A stretch of 64,000 bases of DNA. Origin: an uncultured Chloroflexia bacterium (GTDB taxonomy: Bacteria; Chloroflexota; Anaerolineae; Anaerolineales; UBA4823). The notes under the pieces were generated by a model, which was not told the origin of the DNA, searched no databases, and saw nothing but the letters and a program-made list of their open reading frames with translations. The first letter of the stretch is position 1. Every line of letters starts with the position of its first letter. The stretch spans positions 186,987 to 250,986 of the forward strand of contig CAWCPR010000019.1 of assembly GCA_963797475.1 (NCBI GenBank), written 5' to 3'. Made by a program: the position numbers and the translations under genes. Of the stretch, positions 9,231-18,965 are shown piece by piece.

Positions 9231-10979
9231 GGATGCTGATGGCGAATTGAGAAGAAAAAGAAAAGGAAGAGGGAATACAATAGGGTCAAAATCAGGATCA
9301 GGAGGTACCCCATGTCGCTCCAAGCCGAAGAAGAAAATCGGATTCCGACCCTAACGATCATGGTTGCGCAAGCAGCGTTCCCCAAGGGGAATCCGTATAT
9401 GACGATCCGCGATGAGCTGGGGATGTTGTTCAAGGATGAACAATTTGAAGAGCTTTTTTCAACCCACGGCCAGCCGGCCGAAGCTCCTTGGCAACTCTCT
9501 TTAGCGACGCTTATGCAATTTATGGAAGATTTAACCGATCGCCAAGCTGCGGATGCCGTGCGTGGGCGGATCGATTGGAAATATGTTTTAGGGTTGGATT
9601 TGAATGACGCCGGCTTTGATTATTCGGTGCTCAGTGAGTTTCGAACCCGTTTGTTGGACGGCGGGGCCGAGGCGAAGTTATTCAATATTCTCTTGGAATG
9701 GTGTCGAAAGCAAGGATATTTGAAAGGCAAGCGGCAAAGGACCAATTCCACCCACGTGATTGCAGCCGTTGCCAGCCTCCATCGGATCGAATTGGTGGGT
9801 CAAGCCTTATACCGGGTTCTCGATTTGTTAGCTCAAGTGGCCCCCGACTGGTTGCGCCAACAGGCAAAGCCCGAATGGTATGAACGGTATCGCCAACCCC
9901 TCACGGATTATCATCTACCCAAAGCAGAGACCGAGAAACAAGCCTTCCTCATCCAGATTGGAAAAGATGGGGCCGATCTTCTCCGCCAGATTTATGCCCA
10001 AGCTGCTCCCGAATATGTGCGCACGATCCCGGCGGTTGAAGTCTTGCGACAGATCTGGATCCAGAATTACTATCAAGAAGGAGAAACGATTGCCTGGCGC
10101 AAGGAGGATAATATCCCCCCGGCCAGCGTCCGGATCGCTTCCCCTTTTGACTTAGAAGCCCGCTTCAGCGCCAAGCGAGACAAGATTTTCTGGTTAGGAT
10201 ACAAGGTTCACCTGACGGAAACTTGTGACCCAGACACTCCTAACCTGATCACGCAGGTGGAAACCACCCTGTCCACGATCCAAGATAACCTGGCCCTAGA
10301 AGGCATTCAGGCCCAACTGAAGCAGAAAGAACTTGTGCCGGCCCAGCATTTGGTCGATGCGGGTTATGTATCGGCCGAAAATCTGGTGAGCAGCCAGCAA
10401 CAGTTCGGCGTGGATTTGGTCGGGCCGGTACGTGCCGACAATAGTTGGCAAAACCGAGAAGAGGGCGCATTTGCGCTGACCCAATTTCAAATAGATTGGG
10501 AGAAAAAGCAAGTGATTTGTCCGCTGGGCAAAGTTAGTAGCTCCTGGTTCCCCAGTAAAAGTCGTTTTGAGCAACCTACAATTCAGGTTCATTTTCGTCC
10601 CAAAGACTGCCTGGTCTGTCCTTCCAGGTCACAATGTACTCGCAGTAAAACATCTCCCCGGAATTTATGTATCCGGCCTCAGGAGTTCCACTTGGCTATT
10701 CAAGCCGCACGGGAACGACAAGCAACGAGTGAGTTTTGGGAGATCTATGCGGCGCGCTCAGGGATTGAAGGGACGATTGGCTTAGCCGCCGATAAACTGG
10801 GCATGCGTCGCACCCGCTACCGTGGGTTGGCAAAAACTCACCTGCACAACCTGTTATCGGCTACCGCTATCAACATGAAACGGATCCTCAATTGGCTAAC
10901 CGAAACGCCTCGTTCTCGTACTCGCATTTCTCACTTGGCAGCTTTGGCTCCTGCCTAACCGAATTCGCCAACAGCATCC
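9231..10979 (+). mobile_element. IS1182/IS5-superfamily insertion sequence
   Basis: Terminal inverted repeats GGATGCTGATGGCGAATT (9231-9248) and AATTCGCCAACAGCATCC (10962-10979) match 17/18. TAT flanks both ends. It carries a single transposase ORF. Confidence 0.75.
9312..10958 (+). CDS. IS1182-like DDE transposase
   Basis: 548 aa with AGGAGG 5 nt upstream. It has an InsH-N-like block (RQAADAVRGRIDWKYVLGL...FDYSVLSEFRTRL) and the C-terminal IEGTIG...MRRTRYRGLAKTHL...A.A.N.KR motif typical of IS5/IS1182 transposases. Confidence 0.85.
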   Translation: MSLQAEEENRIPTLTIMVAQAAFPKGNPYMTIRDELGMLFKDEQFEELFSTHGQPAEAPWQLSLATLMQFMEDLTDRQAADAVRGRIDWKYVLGLDLNDAGFDYSVLSEFRTRLLDGGAEAKLFNILLEWCRKQGYLKGKRQRTNSTHVIAAVASLHRIELVGQALYRVLDLLAQVAPDWLRQQAKPEWYERYRQPLTDYHLPKAETEKQAFLIQIGKDGADLLRQIYAQAAPEYVRTIPAVEVLRQIWIQNYYQEGETIAWRKEDNIPPASVRIASPFDLEARFSAKRDKIFWLGYKVHLTETCDPDTPNLITQVETTLSTIQDNLALEGIQAQLKQKELVPAQHLVDAGYVSAENLVSSQQQFGVDLVGPVRADNSWQNREEGAFALTQFQIDWEKKQVICPLGKVSSSWFPSKSRFEQPTIQVHFRPKDCLVCPSRSQCTRSKTSPRNLCIRPQEFHLAIQAARERQATSEFWEIYAARSGIEGTIGLAADKLGMRRTRYRGLAKTHLHNLLSATAINMKRILNWLTETPRSRTRISHLAALAPA

Positions 10980-10985
10980 TATGGG

Positions 10986-11276
10986 ATGCGCTACCTGACC
11001 GCCAGCCAACGCCTGCTTCCTTACGCCAACGAAGCGGTCTTGCCGTTCTACATTCTTCACCAGCCAATTATCCTGATCCTCGGCTACATCATCGTTCCCC
11101 TGCCGTTGTCTATTCTGACCAAATATTTGATAATCGCCCCGCTGGCCTTTGGGATCACTCTGGGGCTGTACGAGTTTAGCATCCGTCGTTTGAACCCTGT
11201 GCGGCGTCTCTTTGGGCTCAAAGTCAAGAAGCCTGGCTTGTTGCCAGCCGCTTTGACGACACAAACCTCAGCTTAA
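10986..11276 (+). pseudogene. C-terminal fragment of a polytopic membrane protein (acyltransferase-3-like tail), split by the IS1182-like element
   Basis: Removing the IS and one TAT joins 9117-9230 (...WLGVLLWSYLLVVLGY) in frame to GMRYLTASQRLLPYANEAVLPFYILHQP.... No credible N-terminal two-thirds exists upstream; a stop lies at 9114. Confidence 0.3.
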
Positions 11277-11286
11277 GATATAAATT

Positions 11287-11309
11287 GCCCGGACGTTGCC
11301 AATCCGGGC
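11287..11309. terminator. hairpin between convergent genes (GCCCGGA-N9-TCCGGGC)
   Basis: Perfect 7-bp GC-rich stem. The minus-strand reading is followed by AATTTATATCTT. Confidence 0.5.
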
Positions 11310-11337
11310 ATCAGGTTTAACGTAAAATGGGTTCCAT

Positions 11338-12606
11338 TCAGCGCCGGATTTGGGGCTGGAACCAGAAGGCGGCGTCCTCGCGGAAATTACCGTTCACATC
11401 CACGAAAAAGATAAATGAAACGTCCTCGCCATCCAGAGAGCTCAAATCAACGTCGATGCGGGTGGCTTTGCCGTCCTCGGACTCCTCCCAGCCGTCGATT
11501 TTCACTTCTTTCTTATCGCCAATCCGGTATTTCAATTGGAAAAGCACATCGCACTTAGGATTGTCATCCAGGCAGCCGATGGTCGCTAGGAAGTGATCGC
11601 CGCTCTTGATTCGGATGGGCGGGTACTCTCCCCGGATGTAACCATCTTTTACCATTTCAGGGCTGGTCCATAGGGCCGGCTCGTTTTCGTGGCGGTTTTC
11701 CAAAGCCGGATTCTCCAGAACGACGACGAAACCATCTTCATCCCCCGTCCTTCCTGGGCAGGGGAGGTCTCCGGCGTCGCTCTCCCAGGCGGCCGCGCAG
11801 TAATTGACCACAAAATTGTAGGCGATATGGACGTCGACGTCACCTCGTACGTCGATGACCACATTGATGGGCTCATTTGCCAGCGTGCCGACGCCAAATA
11901 TCTTCTTATCCTCGCTGCGCAGCTTCCAGGAGCTCTCGTAAGTGCCGTGCTTGTCCGGCGCGGTCAGGTTGATCTCGAGATCGATGGTTTCCCCCGGCTT
12001 GACATTTTCTCCAAGCGACTCGGTCTTCGAACCCAGATCATCCCCGCTGGCCAATACCAGGTCATATTTCTTCGTCCAGGTGCAGGTTCCGGCGTTGCGA
12101 ATGCGCCAGATCTTGGTGAAGTAGGTCCCCGGGCTGATCGTTGTGCCGTCTGGAATGGTCACATCGGAGATAAACTCCGCCCGGTTGCAAAGCACCGCGG
12201 TCGGCGCCGGACCTGAACCGGTGCCCGAACCTGAGCCAGACCCGGAAGAACCCCCCGCGGACGGGGTAATCGAGATTGCCGGTGTGTTTGTCGCCGTCGG
12301 GAACGGGGTCGACGTGGGTCTTGGCGTGAAGGTCGGAATCGGGGTACTGGTTGGAATCGGCGTTGAAGTTGGAGCCAGGGTTTGGGTCGGAGGCAGCGTC
12401 TCGGTTGGTGGGAGCGCTGTGGGTGTAGGGGGCGATAGTGTGGCATCCACGGTCTGCTGGGCTTCGATGGTCATCGCCGCCAGCGCCGAAATGGTTTCCT
12501 GGTTGACAGGCGCTGGGGAGGTTGCCGTCGAGAAATTGCAGGCGCCCACCAGTATCGACGCCAGCAATAAAACCAGGACCCTGTCAAATGTTGTTTGTAT
12601 TTTCAT
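11338..12606 (-). CDS. secreted lipoprotein with Thr/Pro-rich linker and NBR1-like Ig-fold domain
   Basis: ATG at 12606 has SD GAGGAG. Lipobox is LLLASILVGAC. A long PT-rich and GSGSGSGTGSG linker is present. The block ...FTKIWRIRNAGTCTW... resembles the NBR1 FW/Ig-like domain. The track's 523-aa extension lacks support. Confidence 0.75.
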   Translation of the reverse strand: MKIQTTFDRVLVLLLASILVGACNFSTATSPAPVNQETISALAAMTIEAQQTVDATLSPPTPTALPPTETLPPTQTLAPTSTPIPTSTPIPTFTPRPTSTPFPTATNTPAISITPSAGGSSGSGSGSGTGSGPAPTAVLCNRAEFISDVTIPDGTTISPGTYFTKIWRIRNAGTCTWTKKYDLVLASGDDLGSKTESLGENVKPGETIDLEINLTAPDKHGTYESSWKLRSEDKKIFGVGTLANEPINVVIDVRGDVDVHIAYNFVVNYCAAAWESDAGDLPCPGRTGDEDGFVVVLENPALENRHENEPALWTSPEMVKDGYIRGEYPPIRIKSGDHFLATIGCLDDNPKCDVLFQLKYRIGDKKEVKIDGWEESEDGKATRIDVDLSSLDGEDVSFIFFVDVNGNFREDAAFWFQPQIRR

Positions 12607-12674
12607 GCCGAATCTCCTCAATTGGGTTGTGTGCTGCATTGCTGATCGCAAAAACCAGGTCTGACCTTGAATCT

Positions 12675-12812
12675 TCATAGAAAATAGCGCCCCAATGTAG
12701 ATACCGGGCTGATGTGCGGGGCAATCCCTGTCTGCCAGACGGCGAACGCCAGGGCCAGAGCGATCAGGAGAGCGAGCAATAAAATAATCGTCCAACGGGC
12801 AGTTTTTGACAT
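12675..12812 (-). CDS. possible 45-aa single-TM small protein
   Basis: ATG at 12812 is preceded by GGAGA (8-nt spacer). The product is MSKTARWTIILLLALLIALALAFAVW.... It lies upstream of, and co-oriented with, the lipoprotein gene. Confidence 0.3.
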   Translation of the reverse strand: MSKTARWTIILLLALLIALALAFAVWQTGIAPHISPVSTLGRYFL

Positions 12813-12947
12813 TAACCTTATCTCCGGGTTGTTGGTCGTATAAAAAGACGCATCCACAATCCTCGCGTTCTGCTGTTACCATGATATAAGAAAATGCCCG
12901 TGAAATCAAGTGACAAAGTTCAGCGCGTCCATGCTAAAATCGGTCCC

Positions 12948-13883
12948 ATGCAAACTAAGATCGTTTTCATGGGTTCTCCCGAGTTTGCCCTGCCCAGCCT
13001 ACAGGCTCTGGCAGACCATTATCCGGTTGTCGGCGTAGTCACCCAGCCAGACCGTCCCGCAGGGCGCGGCCGCATTATAACCCCGCCGCCGGTTAAAGCC
13101 CTGGCCCTCGATCTTAATCTGCCCGTGATCCAACCCCGGCGGCTGCGCGAGCCTGAAGCCATGGCGCAGTTGAAAAGCTGGCAGCCGGATTTGATCGTCG
13201 TCGCTGCCTTCGGACAGATCTTAAAGCCAGAAGTGCTGGATCTTCCGCATTATGGCTGCGTCAACGTGCACGCCTCCCTGCTGCCTCGCTGGCGCGGCGC
13301 GGCCCCGATCCAGGCAGCCCTTCTGCAAGGAGATCCTCAAACCGGGGTGACCATCATGCGCATGGATCCAGGGATCGATACCGGGCCGGTCCTCAGCCAG
13401 CAAGCCACCTCGATTTATCCAGACGACACTGCTGAAACGCTGGGACAGCGTCTGGCGGCTTTAGGCGCTGAACTGCTCCTGGCGACCCTTCCAAAATATC
13501 TAACCGGGGAGATCCAGCCCCAACAGCAAGAGGATGCGCTGGCGACCTATGCGCCGATGCTAAAGAAAGGGGACGGGCTGCTGGATTTCAACCAACCGGC
13601 TGAAGCTTTGGAACGCAGGGTGCGCGCTTTTTTCCCCTGGCCAGGGACGTACACGCTGGTCGATGGTCAGGTACTGAAAATCATCAAAGCCCACGCGGTC
13701 ACACCAGATCCGGAGACGAATTCCAATTTAGAGCCGGGAGAGCGGATAAACTACCAGGGCCTGCCGGCATTCCGCACCTCAAAAGGCTTGCTGGTCCTGG
13801 ACCTGGTACAACCGAGCGGGAGAAAACCTGCGCCCGGCGCAGTTTTTTTGCACGGGGCGCGCCACTGGGAGCAGAAAAATTAA
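12948..13883 (+). CDS. fmt: methionyl-tRNA formyltransferase
   Basis: MQTKIVFMGSPEFALPSLQAL..., HASLLPRWRGAAPIQ. The internal ATG at 12948 gives the canonical N-terminus. Confidence 0.9.
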   Translation: MQTKIVFMGSPEFALPSLQALADHYPVVGVVTQPDRPAGRGRIITPPPVKALALDLNLPVIQPRRLREPEAMAQLKSWQPDLIVVAAFGQILKPEVLDLPHYGCVNVHASLLPRWRGAAPIQAALLQGDPQTGVTIMRMDPGIDTGPVLSQQATSIYPDDTAETLGQRLAALGAELLLATLPKYLTGEIQPQQQEDALATYAPMLKKGDGLLDFNQPAEALERRVRAFFPWPGTYTLVDGQVLKIIKAHAVTPDPETNSNLEPGERINYQGLPAFRTSKGLLVLDLVQPSGRKPAPGAVFLHGARHWEQKN

Positions 13884-14520
13884 CAGCCTCGCAAAATTCA
13901 ACATCGTCTTTCTCCGCCACGCAGAATCGGACGGTAACGTCTCAAGGATTATTCAAGGCCAATCCGACTTTCCGCTCACCGAGCGAGGCCGGGAACAAAC
14001 CTATCTCCTGGCGCAGAAATGGTCTGCTGAGCGAAGAGAATTCGACCACATCATCGCCAGCCCACTTTTGCGCGCTCGCCAGACTGCGGAGATCATCGCC
14101 GAAGTCTTGGGCGGGCAGGTGGCGTTTGAACCCCTTTGGAAAGAGCGCTATTTTGGTGATTGGGAAGGGTTGCAAGCGGAAGAGATCCGAAAGCTGAATC
14201 CGCTGGTCGACTTTTTCCACCCCTATGATCCTGCTGGGGGCATTGGGGAAAGCGTGGTCGACTTGTTCAGCCGGGCCGGAAGGGCATTGCAAAACCTGCT
14301 GCGCTGCGATCCAGGCAGTTATCTGATCGTAGCCCACGGAGCGATCTTGCAAATGGCCCTGTACACGGCCCTGGGGATTAATCCCTTCGGGAGCAGCAGC
14401 CAGGTCCGTTTTCGCATTTACAATACCGCCTTCGCCGAGCTGACATACGATCCGATTCAACGTCAGTGGTGGGTGCTTGGGTTAAATAACCACCCGCACA
14501 GCGATCAACTGCTGGATTAG
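13879..14520 (+). CDS. histidine phosphatase family protein (phosphoglycerate-mutase-like); start codon non-canonical or damaged
   Basis: The catalytic N-terminus FLRHAESDGN...QGQSDFPLTERG lies upstream of the first ATG (14068). The frame is open from 13750 and contains no ATG/GTG/TTG. ATT at 13879 has GGGAG 7 nt upstream and overlaps the fmt stop. Confidence 0.65.
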   Translation: MNSLAKFNIVFLRHAESDGNVSRIIQGQSDFPLTERGREQTYLLAQKWSAERREFDHIIASPLLRARQTAEIIAEVLGGQVAFEPLWKERYFGDWEGLQAEEIRKLNPLVDFFHPYDPAGGIGESVVDLFSRAGRALQNLLRCDPGSYLIVAHGAILQMALYTALGINPFGSSSQVRFRIYNTAFAELTYDPIQRQWWVLGLNNHPHSDQLLD

Positions 14521-14581
14521 GGTTGGGTGTGCATTAATCTCGGCCAAGATCCACATCTGAGATCATCTTGAGGAGCTGCAA

Positions 14582-15640
14582 ATGGCGGATCCACAGGGGT
14601 CGAATCAGCCCCTGAACGTGCTGGTCTTTGGCGCCGGAGCCATCGGGACCTATATCGGCGCCTCCCTGGCAATCCATGGTCAGCATGTCATTTTTCTGGA
14701 ACAACCAGCGGTCGCCAGCCGGCTGAGCAAGGCTGGATTAAGTTTGCAGGTCGACGGTCAGGAACACCATATCGAGAATCCTCAAATAGCCGCATCTCTG
14801 CAGGAGGCCCTGGATTCGGGGCCTTTCGATGGCTCCATTTTTGCCCTGAAATCCTACGATACGCCCTCCGTCCTTGAATCGATTTCTCCGTTCCAGGATC
14901 GAATGCCCCCGGTTTTATGTTTACAAAATGGGGTCGACAACGAACCCGCATTACGAGCGGTGTTAGGACCCCAAAAAGTGATCGCAGGGACGGTTACAAG
15001 CGCTGTTCGCCGGCTGGATGCCGGCAAGGTCATTCTGGAACGCTTACGCGGGATAGGCATCGCAGGCAGAGGGGATTTGCACCTGCGCCTGGTGAGAGCC
15101 TTTAACGGCGCCGGCTTGAACGCACGTCTGTACCGGCATGCCGGAGACATGAAATGGTCAAAAATGATCACAAACCTGCTGGCAAACGCGACCTCGGCGA
15201 TCCTGGACATGACGCCAACCGAGATTTTCGATCACCCGCAGCTTTTCCGGCTCGAGATTGCGCAATTGCGCGAAGCCTTGCGAGTCATGGCTGGCGAACA
15301 TTTCCAACCCGTGGATTTGCCCGAGACGCCGGTGAGAGCACTCGTATTTGCTGTCCGGCGCCTGCCCCTGGCCCTTGCTCGAACGCTTCTAAAGAACGCT
15401 GTGGGAAGCGGGCGCGGCGGTAAAATGCCCTCTTTTTACATCGATCTTCACTCCGGGAGCGGTAGAAGCGAAGTGGATTACCTGAACGGCGCCGTGGTCC
15501 GCCATGGCGAACACCTGGGGATTCCCACGCCAGTGAACCGGCTTTTGAATGATACGCTTCTAGCGCTCACCCGCGGCGAGCTCCCCTTGGACAATTTCGC
15601 TCGCCAACCCGAAAAACTTCTGGCAAAAATACCCGCCTGA
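14582..15640 (+). CDS. 2-dehydropantoate 2-reductase (ApbA/PanE family)
   Basis: N-terminal Rossmann motif VLVFGAGAIGTYIG, length 352 aa, family-typical C-terminal half. SD is GAGGAG. Confidence 0.8.
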   Translation: MADPQGSNQPLNVLVFGAGAIGTYIGASLAIHGQHVIFLEQPAVASRLSKAGLSLQVDGQEHHIENPQIAASLQEALDSGPFDGSIFALKSYDTPSVLESISPFQDRMPPVLCLQNGVDNEPALRAVLGPQKVIAGTVTSAVRRLDAGKVILERLRGIGIAGRGDLHLRLVRAFNGAGLNARLYRHAGDMKWSKMITNLLANATSAILDMTPTEIFDHPQLFRLEIAQLREALRVMAGEHFQPVDLPETPVRALVFAVRRLPLALARTLLKNAVGSGRGGKMPSFYIDLHSGSGRSEVDYLNGAVVRHGEHLGIPTPVNRLLNDTLLALTRGELPLDNFARQPEKLLAKIPA

Positions 15641-15678
15641 TTGATCCCTACAAAATTCCACACAATAGCGGGGAGGAA

Positions 15679-16991
15679 TCAGGTTGGCTGTTGGATCACT
15701 TCGTAAAACAAAGGCAATGGACTGACTTTATCATCGCTCCAGCGGTAGGCGCGCTGCAGCTCCTGGAACCCCAACTGTAATTCTTGCTCGTTCCTGGCAT
15801 GCACCCTGAACAATGGCTGGCCCACCTGCACTTGATCCCCCACTTTTTGGAGAATTTCAATTCCAACCGCGTGATCGATCGCGTCTTCTTTCCGGGTGCG
15901 GCCTGCGCCTAGCAAGACGGAAGTCTCGCCGACGATGCGGGCGTTGACTTCCTGGAGATAGCCGCTTTTGGGGGAAGGGAATTCTTTCCTGACCGGGGCG
16001 GTGGGTAAAAGTGAGGGGTTGTCAACATACGTGGGATCTCCCCCTTGAGCGACGACCAATGCCCGGAATTTTCGCAAGGCGCCCCCATTGTCCAACGCCT
16101 TGCGGGCCAGTTCACGGCCTGCACTTTCATTTTCCGCAACTTTCCCTAACGCCAGCATGTGGCTAGCCACAACCAGGCAGTGCTCGCGAAAATCCTTTGG
16201 ACCAGCGCCTTGGAGGGTATCCAGGGCCTCACGCACCTCGAGTGCATTCCCAACTGCGCTGCCAAGCGGCTGGTTCATGTCGGAGAGCAATGCAACCGCA
16301 TCTCGGCCCACCAGGTGTGCAATGGACACCATTAATTCCGCCAGGGAGGTCGCCTCCTCTAGGGTCTGCATGAAAGCCCCCGACCCCACTTTCACATCCA
16401 GTAAAATCGCTTGCGCGCCGGCAGCAATTTTTTTGCTCATAACCGACGAGGCAATCAGAGGGATGGATTGGACAGTCCCGGTTACGTCGCGCAGCGCGTA
16501 CAATTTACCATCCGCGGGAGCCAGGTCGGCTGTCTGCCCGGTGAGCACCAGTCCTTCCTCCCGAAGCTGGTGGATGAACTCATCTGTTGTCAGATCGGTC
16601 CTGAATCCTGGGATTGATTCCATTTTATCCAACGTGCCGCCGCTGAACCCAAGCCCGCGCCCGGACATTTTACCGACTGCCAATCCACAAGCTGCGACAA
16701 CCGGCTCTACAACCAGGGTTGTTTTATCGCCCACCCCACCGGTGGAATGTTTATCCACCGCAATTGGGACAACCCCGGTCAAATCCAGGGTCTCGCCGGA
16801 ATACGCCATTGCCAGCGTCAGATCGGTGGTTTCGCCGGCTGTCATGCCGTTCAGGAGCACCGCCATCGCCCAGGCTGCTGCCTGGTAATCTGCAATTTCT
16901 CCCAAGGCGTATCCCTTGACGAAATAAGTGATCTCCTCTTTGGATAGGGTCTGTTTGTCTCTCTTTTAATAATCACATCGACTGCGCGCAT
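15679..16991 (-). CDS. pdp: pyrimidine-nucleoside (thymidine) phosphorylase, N-terminus disrupted by a 1-nt frameshift
   Basis: The body has DKHSTGGVGDK and related motifs. ATG at 16991 with GGGAGGA gives MRAVDVIIK, then the frame is lost in a homopolymer at 16964-16967. The in-frame continuation is KRDKQTLSKEEITYFVKGYALGEIADYQ. The track ORF starts at TTG 16905. Confidence 0.8.
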
Positions 16992-17532
16992 GGATGACTC
17001 CGTCCTCCCTAAAAATTTTAAAAATCATTATAACGCCAGACGGATATTCTTCTTCTGCAATTCGTTGCCGGTCTCCAGGATATGCCCTGGTTAAGACGAT
17101 TTGCCCAGACGTGTTTATAGGATTCCCTTGATTTCGGGAGTTTCCGTTCTCAATATTAGAGAGGCTTAATCTAATCCGTTTGTGAAACGTAAGATTAACA
17201 ATATCAAGTATAATTCTTCTTAAGGATTGATGAACCGAGAGTGGTGAGCCTTTGAGTGCAAAGGGGGAAGCAAATCGTGGAACCAACGCTAAGTAAATAT
17301 CGAGAAACCGAGCAACGACGATTTATTCCCCGTGGCAAATTTTATAGATTACGGCGACCTTCATACCATATAATGTGTCCGGCAGCAGGAAATGAATTCC
17401 AAATTTGTTCGATAGGAAATATGGGGGATAACCTATCTGCAGGATTTTATTATAATCTTCTGCAAAGAGTATTCAGGTCGCTCGTTGTCTTCGGATGGTG
17501 AAGACTGAATACTTATCGATGAGATCACATAC

Positions 17533-18960
17533 ATGCTTGAAGTTTTACGAAGTTCGGGGATTATGCCGGACAGCGACGACCTTTACCGCGACATCGTCGA
17601 GAGGCAGACTGAGTTAATCTGCCGTTATCTCCCGGACGGCGTCTTAACGTTTGTTAACGACGCCTTCTCGCGTCATTTTAATCTCCAAGGCCAGCCTCTG
17701 GTCGAGCTAAATTTCTTTTCACTATTGGGGGAGCAGCAGCGCGCCACACTACAAAAAAACCTCCTGGATCTCAGCCCGAAAAACCCGGAAAGAACCTTAG
17801 AACATTCTTTCCTTACCCAGGAAGGCAAGACGATCTGGCAGCATTGGACAAACCTGGGAATATTCGACGAGCACGGGCTGTTGGTCGAGGTTCAATCGAC
17901 TGGCTTCAATATCACGGAGAGAAAGTTAGCCGAGCTCGCCGCGGACCGGCATGCCCGCGAATTGGGCGCATTGCATAAAGCAACGGCTGCCCTGCTCTCC
18001 ACTTTAGATCTCGAAGCCCTTTTGGGTCAAATTTTAGATGCGGCAATCAGCGCAGTCCCGGCAGCCAAGCGCGGTGTGATCCACTTAATTGCCCGCGACA
18101 CGGGCCAGTTGGAGATGCGAGCGGTCCTCGGGTACACCGAAACAGATCCTCGCATTAAGAAGTTCTCCTTACCCAGCGGCAAAGGCCATGTGGCGCGAGC
18201 GGTCAGCGAGCGCCAGCCGCTATTGATCCCCGATATTCAAAGCGATTATGAGCCTGACCAGGCAGTAGAGCGGCATCCAAAAGGGAACGGTGTCCAGTCC
18301 GCGATCGTAGCCCCCCTGATCCTTGGCGACCATGTGCTTGGGGCCCTCTCTCTTAAATCCTCTTCTCGCGCGGCTTTCTCTGAATCGGATCTGAACCTGG
18401 CTGTTAGTTTTGCCGCGACAGCCACAGCCGCAATTCGCAACGCCCAACTCCACGCAGAAGTCCAAAAACAGGCGATTACAGATACGTTGACCGGTATTTA
18501 CAACCGGCGAGGGTTTTTCGAGTTAGGGCGGCGAGAAGTAGAACGCTCCCTGCGCTTTAGCCGGCCCCTGGCGGCGATTATGCTCGATGTGGATAACTTC
18601 AAGCGCGTCAACGACAACTTTGGTCACCAGGAAGGCGACCGGGCGTTACAACTCCTTTCAGACTGTCTCAACAATAACATCCGCAAAGTCGATATCCTGG
18701 GACGTTATGGGGGCGACGAGTTTTCTATTCTATTACCCGAAATCGACATGTTTGCTGCTTCGACCGTCGCCGAACGCCTGCGCCAGAGCGTTTTTTCCAT
18801 GCCGATCGAGATCGATAAGGGGTCAATCCAAATCTCGATCAGCCTGGGGATCGCCAAAGTCTCCAGCGACACCCCTGACCTGGATACGCTTTTGGATCGC
18901 GCCGACCAGGCGATGTATGCGGCCAAAAAAGCGGGCAGAAACCGGACAGAGATCCGCTGA
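17533..18960 (+). CDS. PAS-GAF-GGDEF diguanylate cyclase
   Basis: GGDEF motif RYGGDEFSILLPE and the upstream GIYNRRGFFE block. N-terminal PAS-like and central GAF-like regions. Confidence 0.85.
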   Translation: MLEVLRSSGIMPDSDDLYRDIVERQTELICRYLPDGVLTFVNDAFSRHFNLQGQPLVELNFFSLLGEQQRATLQKNLLDLSPKNPERTLEHSFLTQEGKTIWQHWTNLGIFDEHGLLVEVQSTGFNITERKLAELAADRHARELGALHKATAALLSTLDLEALLGQILDAAISAVPAAKRGVIHLIARDTGQLEMRAVLGYTETDPRIKKFSLPSGKGHVARAVSERQPLLIPDIQSDYEPDQAVERHPKGNGVQSAIVAPLILGDHVLGALSLKSSSRAAFSESDLNLAVSFAATATAAIRNAQLHAEVQKQAITDTLTGIYNRRGFFELGRREVERSLRFSRPLAAIMLDVDNFKRVNDNFGHQEGDRALQLLSDCLNNNIRKVDILGRYGGDEFSILLPEIDMFAASTVAERLRQSVFSMPIEIDKGSIQISISLGIAKVSSDTPDLDTLLDRADQAMYAAKKAGRNRTEIR

Positions 18961-18965
18961 GCCTT

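Noticed and set aside
17053-17068. Minus-strand CGGCAA-CGAA-TTGCA upstream of pdp.
   Set aside because: The spacer is one nucleotide too short (N4 instead of N5). Sigma-54 promoters do not tolerate altered -24/-12 spacing.
16966-17286. 106-aa minus-strand ORF upstream of pdp.
   Set aside because: It is in the third frame across the pdp frameshift region and AT-rich leader. It has no homology signal and ends at the stop that truncates the pdp N-terminus.
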